Shown here: positions 46,041 to 54,794 of the stretch, piece by piece | How positions within the stretch are numbered: the first letter of the stretch is position 1 | Layout of the letters: each line of letters begins with the position of its first letter | Origin: an uncultured Gemmatimonadales bacterium | Lineage (GTDB): Bacteria > Gemmatimonadota > Gemmatimonadetes > Gemmatimonadales > GWC2-71-9 | DNA length: 64,000 nucleotides | Direction of reading: 5' to 3' | Assembly: GCA_963779755.1 (NCBI GenBank) | Contig: CAVZZO010000001.1 | Span: 1,596,845-1,660,844, forward strand | Notes under the pieces: model-generated | What the model was told of the DNA's origin: nothing | Seen by the model: only the letters and a program-made list of their open reading frames with translations | The model's database searches: none | Position numbers and translations under genes: made by a program

Positions 46041-46127
46041 CCGGGGGGATCTGCGTCCGGCGCTGCGGCAACCTTTGTCCGCCGTGGACCGTCCAAGAGG
46101 AAGCCCTTCCTTGCAGAGGAGTTCCTC

Positions 46128-47573
46128 ATGCCACGTCGGCTCGTGCTCAGCCTGCTGGTGCTCGCTCTCATTCCGGCAGCGCTTCCGGCGCAGTCCTCCC
46201 GCGATACCGCCGCCGCCATCGCCCGGCTGCACCAGTTGATCCTCCAGCACGGGGCCGAAATCGGTCCGGCGGTCTGGTCGGGCTTCCGCCCCGATACCAT
46301 CCCGACGTTGTACGTGATTCCGCAGCGCGCCAAGCTGCTGCTGCCCTGGACCGACGCGCTGCCGGACGGTCTTCAGCCGCTGCCGGGCTGGACCAACGCG
46401 GGGTGGACGGATACGCAATCGGTCTCCTTCCCGCCGGGTCGTATCGCCTTTCTCTCCGTCGCTCCGGGCGCCACGCCGGGGGAGATTCTGGGGCTGGCGC
46501 TGCATGAGGAGTTTCACCGTTTCGAGCGCAGCGTGGAGCAGGAGGGCAAGCGGTTCGGCGGCGGCGAAAACTCGCTGCTCACCGCTTCCTATCCCGTGTT
46601 CGACACCACCAACGAAGCGCTCTTCGCCCTGGAGGGCCGGCTGCTCCACGATGCGGTCCGCGCTTCCTCGCCCGATGCCGCGCGGCGGCTGGCCCGGAGC
46701 TTTCTCGATATCCGGGCTGAGCGCCGGGCCCGGCTGGATACCAGCCTGGTCGACTACGAGGACATGAGCGAGATGAACGAAGGCCTGGCCCAGTATGCGC
46801 TCCTGCGGGGTCTCACCAGCCTCGGCCGTCAGGCGGGCGGGCCCTGGCCGGCGGCGGCCCGGCGGGAGATCGACCGCGAGACCGATCTGCTCGATAGTCT
46901 CCTTGCCCTGGGCCCCCGCTCGATACGGCGGCGCTTCTATGCTACCGGCTCCGCCATCGCGCTCTGGCTCGATGCCCATGGGCCCCCGGCCTGGAAGGAC
47001 CGGTTGGTGCGGGAGAACCTTACCCTGACCGAGGCTCTGGGCCGCGCGCTGGCCTCCGGGCGGGCGCGGCCGCTGGCGGCCGATTCGCTGGCTGCGCTTC
47101 GCCGTGTCGCGGCCGCCGCCGCCGCCCCGGCGGTACGGGCGCTGCGCGCCCGGCGGCAGGCGCAGGCGGACAGCCTCCGCGCCCGGCCCGGTCTGCCCCT
47201 GACGCTCGACCCCGGTTCGCAACCCGGCAACAGCTTCCAGTGGTGCGGCTTCGATCCGCAGAATCTGTTGCAGGCTCCCGGCGGCAAGCTGCTGCACATG
47301 CGCTTTCTCCGGGTGTGCAACGGGCCGGGCTTCGCGGCGCAGTTCGAGAGCGGTGTCGTCCAGGACGGGTTCGGCGGCGCCATCCATGCCGTGATCGGCG
47401 ACAGCACCGCGCTCACCCTGAGCGCGGAGGGCCAGCCGGCCCCGCTGCCGGCCGAAGGCGCCTCGGCCCGGTTGAAGGACGTGAAGATCGCGAGCCCGGA
47501 GTTCTCCCTGGAGGCGCCCAGGGCGATGCTGTCACGGACCGGCGAGGAATTGGTGGTGGTACCCGGTCGGTGA
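46128..47573 (+). CDS. Secreted hypothetical protein with HExxH (putative metallopeptidase)
   Basis: Signal peptide. LALHEEFHRFE motif. No other recognisable motif. Confidence 0.6.
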   Translation: MPRRLVLSLLVLALIPAALPAQSSRDTAAAIARLHQLILQHGAEIGPAVWSGFRPDTIPTLYVIPQRAKLLLPWTDALPDGLQPLPGWTNAGWTDTQSVSFPPGRIAFLSVAPGATPGEILGLALHEEFHRFERSVEQEGKRFGGGENSLLTASYPVFDTTNEALFALEGRLLHDAVRASSPDAARRLARSFLDIRAERRARLDTSLVDYEDMSEMNEGLAQYALLRGLTSLGRQAGGPWPAAARREIDRETDLLDSLLALGPRSIRRRFYATGSAIALWLDAHGPPAWKDRLVRENLTLTEALGRALASGRARPLAADSLAALRRVAAAAAAPAVRALRARRQAQADSLRARPGLPLTLDPGSQPGNSFQWCGFDPQNLLQAPGGKLLHMRFLRVCNGPGFAAQFESGVVQDGFGGAIHAVIGDSTALTLSAEGQPAPLPAEGASARLKDVKIASPEFSLEAPRAMLSRTGEELVVVPGR

Positions 47574-47695
47574 GGGGCAAACGGGAAGCGGGAACCGGGA
47601 AACGGGAAACGTACCGGCTGCTCCTCTCCGCCTTGCCTTTTCCCCTTTCCCTGTTCCCCTCTCCCTTCTCCCTTCTCCCTTCTCCCTTCTCCCTG
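47574..47695. repeat. Heptamer-built hairpin: GGGAA(A/G/C)C x5 arm, CU-rich arm, then CTCCCTT x4 plus CTCCCTG
   Basis: Left arm 47574-47611, right arm 47631-47660, tandem CTCCCTT run 47661-47695. Ends 28 nt before ATG 47724. Confidence 0.85.
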
Positions 47696-47723
47696 TGTCC
47701 CGGCCGTTTAGGTTGGGGGGGGC

Positions 47724-48977
47724 ATGCGAACCTTTCGCCTCATCTTCCTCGGCGTATTCATCGCCACCGCGCTCCTGGTCGCCGCGTTCCTGGTAAACGC
47801 GCGCCGGCCCGCGGTCGAAGTCCAGCGCGCCACCCCGGAACAGGTCACCGCCACCGGCAAGTGCGCCGGTTGCCATCGCGAGGAAACCGGCGCCATCGTG
47901 GTGGAGTTCGAGCGAAGCCGGCACGCGGCCACCGGAACCAACTGCCTCGACTGTCACGGACCCCAGCAGGGCCAGGAAACCTACGAGCACCGCGGCTTTA
48001 CGCTGGCGCGGCAGGTCACGGCGAAGAACTGTGCCTCCTGCCATCGCGAGGAGTACCGGGAATTCCTGCGCAGCCGCCACGCCGCGCCGGCCTACGCGGC
48101 GGTGCTGGGCTCCACCCCCTTCAGTGAGCCGCAGATCGCAGCCGCCGAGGAGTACAACCCCGGCGGGGTGCGGCGCCCGCCCAATGTGCTGGTGGCCATG
48201 GAAGGGAGCGCGGCGGTGCGGGCCGGCTGCCTTACCTGCCACTCGGTGGGCAGGCCCAATGCCGACGGGTCGATCGGCACCTGCACCGCCTGCCACGCCC
48301 GCCACATGACCTCGGTGGCGCTGGCCCGGCAGCCACGAACCTGCGGCCAGTGCCACATGGGCCCCGACCACAGCCAGCTCGAGATCTACGAGGAGTCGAA
48401 ACACGGCGTCTTGTTCGAGGCGCAGCGGGAACACATGCGCCTCGACGCCGACCCCAAACATCTCACCCCGGACGATATGCCGGTGCCTACCTGCGCCACC
48501 TGTCACATGAGCGGGATGGGCGGCGCCGGCATGACACACGATGTGGGGCGCCGGTTGTCCTGGTATCTCTTCGCGGCGGTGTCGGAGCGACGGCCCACCT
48601 ACCGCGAGGGCCGCGACCAGATGACCCGCATCTGCCTCACCTGTCATACCGAGCCGCAGGTGAAACAGGTCTTCGCCGCCGCCGAGTCGGTGGTGGTCGC
48701 CACCAACGCGCGCGTGCGCGAAGCGGGCGGCATCATGGATTCGCTGCGGGCGGCGGGCCTGCTCACTCCGGCCCCGATGGACCAGCCCATCGAGTTCACC
48801 TATTTCGACTACTGGCATTATTACGGGCGCACCGCCAAGCACGGCGCCTTCATGGGCGGCGCCGACTACGTCCAGTGGCACGGGAACTACGAGCTGACCC
48901 GCGGGCTGGTGGAGTTACGGGCGCAGGCCGCGGAGCTGCGCGACCGCGGCATGCAGGGTCGTGCGTCGCCCCGATAA
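47724..48977 (+). CDS. Membrane-anchored octaheme c-type cytochrome of the hydroxylamine oxidoreductase (HAO) family
   Basis: Eight CxxCH motifs (CAGCH, CLDCH, CASCH, CLTCH, CTACH, CGQCH, CATCH, CLTCH). CGQCHMGPDH and WHYYGRTAKHGAFMGGADY are HAO-like. N-terminal TM helix. Confidence 0.8.
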   Translation: MRTFRLIFLGVFIATALLVAAFLVNARRPAVEVQRATPEQVTATGKCAGCHREETGAIVVEFERSRHAATGTNCLDCHGPQQGQETYEHRGFTLARQVTAKNCASCHREEYREFLRSRHAAPAYAAVLGSTPFSEPQIAAAEEYNPGGVRRPPNVLVAMEGSAAVRAGCLTCHSVGRPNADGSIGTCTACHARHMTSVALARQPRTCGQCHMGPDHSQLEIYEESKHGVLFEAQREHMRLDADPKHLTPDDMPVPTCATCHMSGMGGAGMTHDVGRRLSWYLFAAVSERRPTYREGRDQMTRICLTCHTEPQVKQVFAAAESVVVATNARVREAGGIMDSLRAAGLLTPAPMDQPIEFTYFDYWHYYGRTAKHGAFMGGADYVQWHGNYELTRGLVELRAQAAELRDRGMQGRASPR

Positions 48978-49764
48978 CGCGCTCCTGCTCGAGCTCTTCG
49001 CGACCGCGAACCTCGCCTTTCTTGCGCTGGATGTGGCGCTGGCGCACGAGGTGAACCAGTTCCGGAACGGAGCCGAGTGGATCCCGGTAGTGGTGGCCGG
49101 GGCCGCGGCCCTGGCTCTCGCCGTCAACCTGCTGGCCCGGCGGCCCTTCGATCGTGGCGCGGGGCGATGGGTGGGCTGGCTTGCCGGGGGGGCGGTCATC
49201 GTGGTAGGAGTGGCCGGGCTGCTATGGCATCTGGAAAGCCACTTCTTCCAGGAGCGCACCCTGCGGAGCCTGGTCTACTCGGCCCCCTTTGTGGCGCCGC
49301 TCGCCTTTACCGGGGTCGGCTTCCTCCTCCTCCTCAACCGGCTGGTCCCCCCCGACGCCCCCGCCTGGAGTCGCTGGGTCCTGGTGCTGGCCTGGGGGGG
49401 CTTTCTGGGTGACTTCCTGCTCGCCCTGGTGGATCACGCGCAGAACGGGTTCTTCTATTCAGTCGAGTGGGTGGCCGTCGGCGCCGGGGCCCTGGCCGTG
49501 GGATACTTCCTGGTCCTGCTGCTGGCGCGCCCCACCCCCGGGTTGGTCCGGGGCGGCTTCGTCGTGCTCGCGATCCAGGTGCTGACCGGGGTGGCCGGAT
49601 GGATCCTGCATGTCTGGCCGCTGCTCAGCGGGGGCGGAATGCTGCGTTACCGCGTGCTCTACGGGCCGCCGGTGTTCGCCCCGCTCCTGTTCGCGAATCT
49701 GGCGGTGCTGGGAGCGATCGGCCTGATGGGGAAGGGAGAACGGGGAATAGGGAACGGGGAATAG
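48961..49764 (+). CDS. Polytopic (about 8 TM) membrane protein with conserved-looking His residues; putative partner of the octaheme cytochrome
   Basis: GTG start overlaps the cytochrome stop by 17 nt. Contains LAHEVN, WHLESH, VDHAQN and ILHVW. The last 10 codons are encoded by the 14-nt repeat array. Confidence 0.6.
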   Translation: MRRPDNALLLELFATANLAFLALDVALAHEVNQFRNGAEWIPVVVAGAAALALAVNLLARRPFDRGAGRWVGWLAGGAVIVVGVAGLLWHLESHFFQERTLRSLVYSAPFVAPLAFTGVGFLLLLNRLVPPDAPAWSRWVLVLAWGGFLGDFLLALVDHAQNGFFYSVEWVAVGAGALAVGYFLVLLLARPTPGLVRGGFVVLAIQVLTGVAGWILHVWPLLSGGGMLRYRVLYGPPVFAPLLFANLAVLGAIGLMGKGERGIGNGE

Positions 49765-49857
49765 GGAACGGGGAATAGGGAACGGGGAATAGGAAACGGG
49801 GAATAGGAAACGGGGAATAGGAAACGGGGAATAGGAAACGGGGAATAGGGAACGGGG
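49734..49857. repeat. Tandem 14-nt repeat CGGGGAATAGG(G/A)AA x8 plus partial units
   Basis: Units at 49741, 49755, 49769 (GGG variant), 49783-49825 (four GGA variants) and 49839 (GGG variant). Each unit is two GGGAAnn heptamers. Confidence 0.95.
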
Positions 49858-49874
49858 CGTCGGATGGCACGTCC

Positions 49875-49905
49875 GCTTTCCCGTTTCCCCTTTCCCGCTT
49901 CCCGC
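49875..49905. repeat. GCTTTCCCGTTTCCCCTTTCCCGCTTCCCGC: inverted copy of the 47581-47611 repeat and pairing partner of the 14-nt array
   Basis: The reverse complement matches 47581-47611 at 26 of 31 positions, including two 12-13-nt perfect blocks. Confidence 0.8.
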
Positions 49906-49907
49906 TG

Positions 49908-50336
49908 TTACGGCGTCGCCGCGCTCGTCGCCACCCCGCCCGCCTTGCTCGCGATCTGTTGCAGGATCTGTTTCGCCAGGTCCTTGTCCCAGGTCACGTC
50001 GGACTTCTTGGCGACCACCTCCACATGCGTCCCCGATCCCTGCTCTTTGAGGTTCACCTCGATATCGCGGTCGCTGGTGGTGCCGTCCAGCTCGCGGCTC
50101 TCGATGTTGTCTTCCGTCTGGGTGGTCGTCTTCGTCTGGGTAATCCCCATGTCCTGGAACGTCTGCTGGGCGGCGGTGTAGGCATTGGTAACCGGCGCAT
50201 TGATCTGCGCCTCGGCGCCGCGGTCGGAATAGTAGATGCCGGCGCCGGCGCCGGCGGCCGCGGCGGCCGCGACGCAGCCGCCGCTCGCCAGAGTAAGCAG
50301 AAGCACCCAGGGTGCCTGCAATCGTGAGCGTCGCAT
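49908..50336 (-). CDS. Small lipoprotein (DUF3568-like)
   Basis: Lipobox ASGGC, Ala/Gly-rich stretch, 142 aa. Confidence 0.6.
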   Translation of the reverse strand: MRRSRLQAPWVLLLTLASGGCVAAAAAAGAGAGIYYSDRGAEAQINAPVTNAYTAAQQTFQDMGITQTKTTTQTEDNIESRELDGTTSDRDIEVNLKEQGSGTHVEVVAKKSDVTWDKDLAKQILQQIASKAGGVATSAATP

Positions 50337-50560
50337 GATGAGCTCTCCTCGAGAAAGTGGTCTCCGAGGATGAACAATGGTCTCCGGGGCGCACGCCGGA
50401 TGCGGCGACCGTCACGAGTCCGGCGTGACCGGGGCTGCACGCCTGGAGTTGACCTCAGCCCAACTGGGCGCATCTTCCCGAATACGAACCGAGTAGGCGC
50501 ATAGATGGACTCCACCCCAACGGCCGGCCCGCTGCCCACCCGTGTGACAGGAGCCTTCCC

Positions 50561-52114
50561 ATGAGCGAAGCACCTCCCTCCGGTCCCGATCTGGCGCGGG
50601 GCGTCGCCGCGGCCGACGTCGCGGACGGCGGCATGCTGGCCGGACACTTTGCGGGCGAGGCGGTGCTGCTCGCGCGCCGGGGAGAAGAGTGGTTCGCCGT
50701 CGGCGCCACCTGCACCCACTACGGGGGGCCGTTGGCCGAGGGCCTGATGGTGGGAGACACGGTGCGCTGCCCCTGGCACCATGCCTGTTTCAGTCTCCGT
50801 ACCGGCGCCATGCTCCGCGCGCCCGCGCTGGACGATCTGGCGCGCTATCGGGTCGAACGGCGCGACGGAATCGTCCGGGTGACCGGGCGGGAGGAGGCCG
50901 CGCCGCCGGCGCCCCCGCTTCCTCCGGACCCGCCCCGGTCTGTCGTGATCGTCGGCGCCGGAGCGGCGGGAATCGCCGCCGCCGACGGGCTGCGACGGCT
51001 GGGCTACGGCGGGCCCGTGACTCTGGTGGATTCCGACCCCGACGCGCCCTGCGACCGTCCCAACCTCTCCAAGGACTACCTGGCCGGGAATGCACCGGAG
51101 GAGTGGATCACTCTGCGGGGCCCCGACTGGTTCGCGGATCGGGACATCGTCCTGCGCCGGGCTCGAGCTACCGGGCTGGAGCCGGAGGCCCACCGGTTGT
51201 GGCTGGACGATGGCCGCGCCCTGGAGTACGGGCGGCTGCTTCTCGCCACCGGGGCGGCGCCCCGGCGGCTGACCGTGCCGGTATCACCGGAAGCGCCGCT
51301 CTACTACCTGAGAACCGTGGCGGACGCCCGGGCATTGATCAGCCGGGCTGGCGAAACCGGCCAGGCGGTCGTGGTCGGTGGGGGGTTCATCGGTCTGGAG
51401 ACCGCCGCTTCACTCCGCGCCCGGGGGCTGGAGGTCGATCTGGTGACTCCAGAGGCCCGGCCGCTGGAGCGGGTGATGGGCCCCGGGCTCGCCGGGTTGA
51501 TCGGGCAGGTGCACCAGGAGCACGGGGTGCGGTTCCATCCCGGCCGCTCGATCGCCGGCATCGAGCCGGACGGGGTGCTGCTGGACGACGGAACCCGGCT
51601 GCCCGCCGGGCTGATCGTGGCCGGTATCGGCGTGCTTCCCGAAACCAGCCTGGCCGCGGCGGCAGGGCTGGCCACGGAGAACGGCATCCTGGTGGACGGG
51701 CATCTCGCCACCAGCACCCCTGATGTCTTTGCGGCAGGCGATGTCGCCCGGTGGCCCGCCGGAAACGCCGGCGAGCGGGTCCGCATCGAGCACTGGGTGG
51801 TGGCCGAACGGCAGGGGCAGTGCGCCGCCCGCAACCTGCTGGGCCTGCGGGAGCGCTTTGCCGCGGCCCCCTTCTTCTGGAGTCAGCACTACGACCTGCA
51901 GATCTCCTATGTGGGGCACGCCCCCCACTGGGACGAGATCATTACGGAAGGACGCCTGGAAGAGCGGGACGCCATGGTCCGATTCCGGCAGGGCGGCCGC
52001 GACGCGGCGGTGGCCACCGTATTCCGCGACCGGGCCAGCCTGGAGGCGGAGCTACGGCTGGAGGGGGCCGGCCCGGCGGAAGCAGACGAGGGGGAGGGAC
52101 GCCGTCCGGTCTAG
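50561..52114 (+). CDS. Rieske [2Fe-2S] domain fused to FAD/NAD(P)-dependent pyridine-nucleotide-disulfide-type reductase
   Basis: CTHYGGPL...CPWHHACF Rieske motifs. VVIVGAGAAGIAAA and VVVGGGFIGLE dinucleotide folds. Confidence 0.85.
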   Translation: MSEAPPSGPDLARGVAAADVADGGMLAGHFAGEAVLLARRGEEWFAVGATCTHYGGPLAEGLMVGDTVRCPWHHACFSLRTGAMLRAPALDDLARYRVERRDGIVRVTGREEAAPPAPPLPPDPPRSVVIVGAGAAGIAAADGLRRLGYGGPVTLVDSDPDAPCDRPNLSKDYLAGNAPEEWITLRGPDWFADRDIVLRRARATGLEPEAHRLWLDDGRALEYGRLLLATGAAPRRLTVPVSPEAPLYYLRTVADARALISRAGETGQAVVVGGGFIGLETAASLRARGLEVDLVTPEARPLERVMGPGLAGLIGQVHQEHGVRFHPGRSIAGIEPDGVLLDDGTRLPAGLIVAGIGVLPETSLAAAAGLATENGILVDGHLATSTPDVFAAGDVARWPAGNAGERVRIEHWVVAERQGQCAARNLLGLRERFAAAPFFWSQHYDLQISYVGHAPHWDEIITEGRLEERDAMVRFRQGGRDAAVATVFRDRASLEAELRLEGAGPAEADEGEGRRPV

Positions 52115-52168
52115 CGTCTTGCGCCTCACCAGTTTGCCGCCACTCCTTTAGATTGCAGCAGTCCCCTG

Positions 52169-54679
52169 ATGCCCGACACCTTCGCGACCCTGCAAGAGGC
52201 CCTCGCCGGCCGATACCTGATCGAGCGTGAGCTCGGCCAGGGTGGCATGGCCACGGTCTACCTGGCGCAGGATACCAAGCACGAGCGCCAGGTCGCGGTG
52301 AAGGTCCTCCATCCCGACCTGGCCGCCAGCCTCGGCGGCGAGCGCTTCCTGCGGGAAATCCGGGTCGCCGCCTCCCTGCAGCATCCCCACATTCTGGCCC
52401 TCTACGATTCGGGCGAAGCCGACGGGCTGCTCTACTATGTCATGCCCTTCGTGGAAGGGGAGTCGCTGCGCGATCGGATGAATCGGGAGCACGAGCTCCC
52501 CATCCCCGACGCCGTCCAGCTCACGCGGGAAGTAGCCGACGCCCTGGCCTACGCCCACAGCCGGGGCATCATTCACCGGGACATCAAGCCGGAGAACATC
52601 ATGCTCTCCGGCGGCCACGCCATGGTGGCGGACTTCGGCATTGCCCGCGCGGTCACCCAGGCGGGTGAAGAGAAGCTCACCCAGACCGGCATGGCCATCG
52701 GGACGCCCGCCTACATGAGCCCCGAGCAGGCGGGCGGTGAGGAAGCCCTCGACGGCCGGGCCGACATCTACTCGCTCGGCTGCGTGCTCTACGAGATGAT
52801 CTGCGGGACGCCGCCCTTCGTGGGGCCCTCCGCCATGGCCATCCTGGCGCGGCACTCGATGGAAGCGGTGCCCCGGCCGCATATCGTGCGGCAGAGTATT
52901 CCGGCCGAGCTCGAGGACATCATCCTCAAGGCGCTGGAAAAGATCCCGGCGGACCGCTACGCCACCGCCAGCCATTTCTCCCACGCTCTGGGCTTGCCCG
53001 ATACCATGTCGGGGCCGCGCCGCGCCAGGGGGGGCACCCAGCCGGTCCGCGCCCGGGGCACCCGCCTGCCGCGCTGGATCTGGAGTCTGACGCTGATTCC
53101 GCTGGCGCTGCTCGCCTGGCTGGGATGGAGGGCCTGGAACAGCCGCGCCGGAGGGAGCCGGGCGGCGGGCGGTCCCGATCCGCGCCATATCGCGGTGCTG
53201 TACTTCGACGATGTCTCCCGGGGAGACTCGCTGCAGCATCTGGCCGACGGCTTTACCGAGGCGCTGATCCACGAGCTGAGCCAGGTCAAGGATCTCCAGG
53301 TCATCTCCCGCAACGGCGTCCTCCCCTACCGCCACACCGCCGTGCCACCCGACAGCATCGCGCGCGCGCTGGATGTGGGGAGCCTGGTGCAGGGCACCGT
53401 GGCCCAGTCGGGTAACCGGCTGCGAGTGACGGTGTCGCTGGTGAATGCCGCCACCGGCCGCGAAATCTCCAGCAGGACCATCGAGCGCCCGCGGGGCGAC
53501 ATCTTCGCCGTGCAGGACGCCCTGGCGCAGGAGGTCAGCCTCTTCCTTCGCAAGCAGCTGGGCGAGGAGATCGAGGTGCGGGAGAGCCGGGCCGGCACCC
53601 GCAATGCCGAAGCGTGGGAAACGGAACAGCGGGCCACCGAAGCGGTGGTTGAGGGAGAACAGCTCTTCGCCGGCGGCGATACGGCGGCGGCGGCGCGGGC
53701 CATGCGACGGGCCGACTCGCTCTACGGGCGGGCCGAATCGCTCGACAGCCGCTGGGCCGCGCCGGTGGTCGCCCGCGGCCAGCTGGCGTGGCGCCGCGCC
53801 CGCATGGCGCCCAACTTCGACCGTACCTCCATGCCGCAGTGGCTGGAGATCGCGCAGGACGATGCCGACCGCGCGCTGCAGCGGCATCCGCAGGATGCCG
53901 ACGCGCTCGAGTTGCGGGGAACGGTGCGCTACTTCCGCTGGCTGGTGAATCTGGAGCCGGACCGTGCCCGGGCGGCCGCGTTGCACGACAGCGCCGAAGC
54001 CGATCTGCGCGCCGCCGTCGACGCCAACCCCGACCAGGCCCAGGCCTGGAGCACCCTCAGTCACCTGCTGCTCAACGAATCGCAGAACGCCGAGGCCAAA
54101 CTCGCTGCCGAGAACGCCTATCGGGCCGATCCCTATCTTACCAGCGCCAACCTGATTCTCTGGAGGTTGTTCCAGACGTCCTACGACCTGGGCGACCCGG
54201 TCGAATCCCGCCACTGGTGCGAGGAAGGGCAACGCCGGTTCCCCGGCGACGCCCGATTCGTCGAATGCCGGCTCTGGCTCTATTCGCTCCAGGGCGCCAC
54301 CCCCGACATCGGCGCCGCCTGGCGTCTGCTGGGCCAGTACGACTCCCTGACCCCGGCATCCCAGCGCGACCTGGCCCACCGCCGGGGCGAGATGCTGGTA
54401 GCTCTGGCGCTGGCCGCCGCCGGGCGCGCGGACAGCGCCCGCAGCGTGGCCCTCCGTGCCCGGGCCGACGCCTCCCTCGACCCGACCCGTGACCTCACGC
54501 TCTACGAAGCGATCGTCCGGACCCGCCTGGGAGAACTGGACGAGGCGATGCGCCTGCTCAGCACCTACCTGGCCGCCAACCCCCAGTTCCGGGCCTCGCT
54601 GGCCCAGGACGAGTCCTGGTATTTCCGTGATCTACGCGCCGATCCCCGCTATCGCTCGCTGGTCGGTTCGGTACGCTGA
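52169..54679 (+). CDS. Ser/Thr protein kinase with TM segment, TolB-N-like periplasmic module and TPR repeats
   Basis: Contains GQGGMATVY, VAVKVL, HRDIKPEN, DFG and GTPAYMSPE, followed by one TM helix and a long TPR-like region. Confidence 0.9.
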   Translation: MPDTFATLQEALAGRYLIERELGQGGMATVYLAQDTKHERQVAVKVLHPDLAASLGGERFLREIRVAASLQHPHILALYDSGEADGLLYYVMPFVEGESLRDRMNREHELPIPDAVQLTREVADALAYAHSRGIIHRDIKPENIMLSGGHAMVADFGIARAVTQAGEEKLTQTGMAIGTPAYMSPEQAGGEEALDGRADIYSLGCVLYEMICGTPPFVGPSAMAILARHSMEAVPRPHIVRQSIPAELEDIILKALEKIPADRYATASHFSHALGLPDTMSGPRRARGGTQPVRARGTRLPRWIWSLTLIPLALLAWLGWRAWNSRAGGSRAAGGPDPRHIAVLYFDDVSRGDSLQHLADGFTEALIHELSQVKDLQVISRNGVLPYRHTAVPPDSIARALDVGSLVQGTVAQSGNRLRVTVSLVNAATGREISSRTIERPRGDIFAVQDALAQEVSLFLRKQLGEEIEVRESRAGTRNAEAWETEQRATEAVVEGEQLFAGGDTAAAARAMRRADSLYGRAESLDSRWAAPVVARGQLAWRRARMAPNFDRTSMPQWLEIAQDDADRALQRHPQDADALELRGTVRYFRWLVNLEPDRARAAALHDSAEADLRAAVDANPDQAQAWSTLSHLLLNESQNAEAKLAAENAYRADPYLTSANLILWRLFQTSYDLGDPVESRHWCEEGQRRFPGDARFVECRLWLYSLQGATPDIGAAWRLLGQYDSLTPASQRDLAHRRGEMLVALALAAAGRADSARSVALRARADASLDPTRDLTLYEAIVRTRLGELDEAMRLLSTYLAANPQFRASLAQDESWYFRDLRADPRYRSLVGSVR

Positions 54680-54794
54680 TACTGGCCCCAGGTTCCGGTC
54701 CCGCCTCGGCGCGTATCTTGCATCTTCCCGGCGATCGCCAATGTCGCCGGCCCCGTACGGCCTGGATCCCCTGAATCGGAAGAAGGCTACTGCG

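Noticed and set aside
43569-47387. 1272-aa ORF on the minus strand
   Set aside because: It runs antisense across three well-supported plus-strand genes (aldolase/SDR, beta-propeller, HExxH protein). Its translation is Arg/Gly/Pro-rich and low in complexity, as expected for a spurious open frame in high-GC DNA.
49734-49857. Possible CRISPR array
   Set aside because: The 14-nt units are directly tandem with no spacers, the unit is far shorter than a CRISPR repeat, and no cas genes are present.
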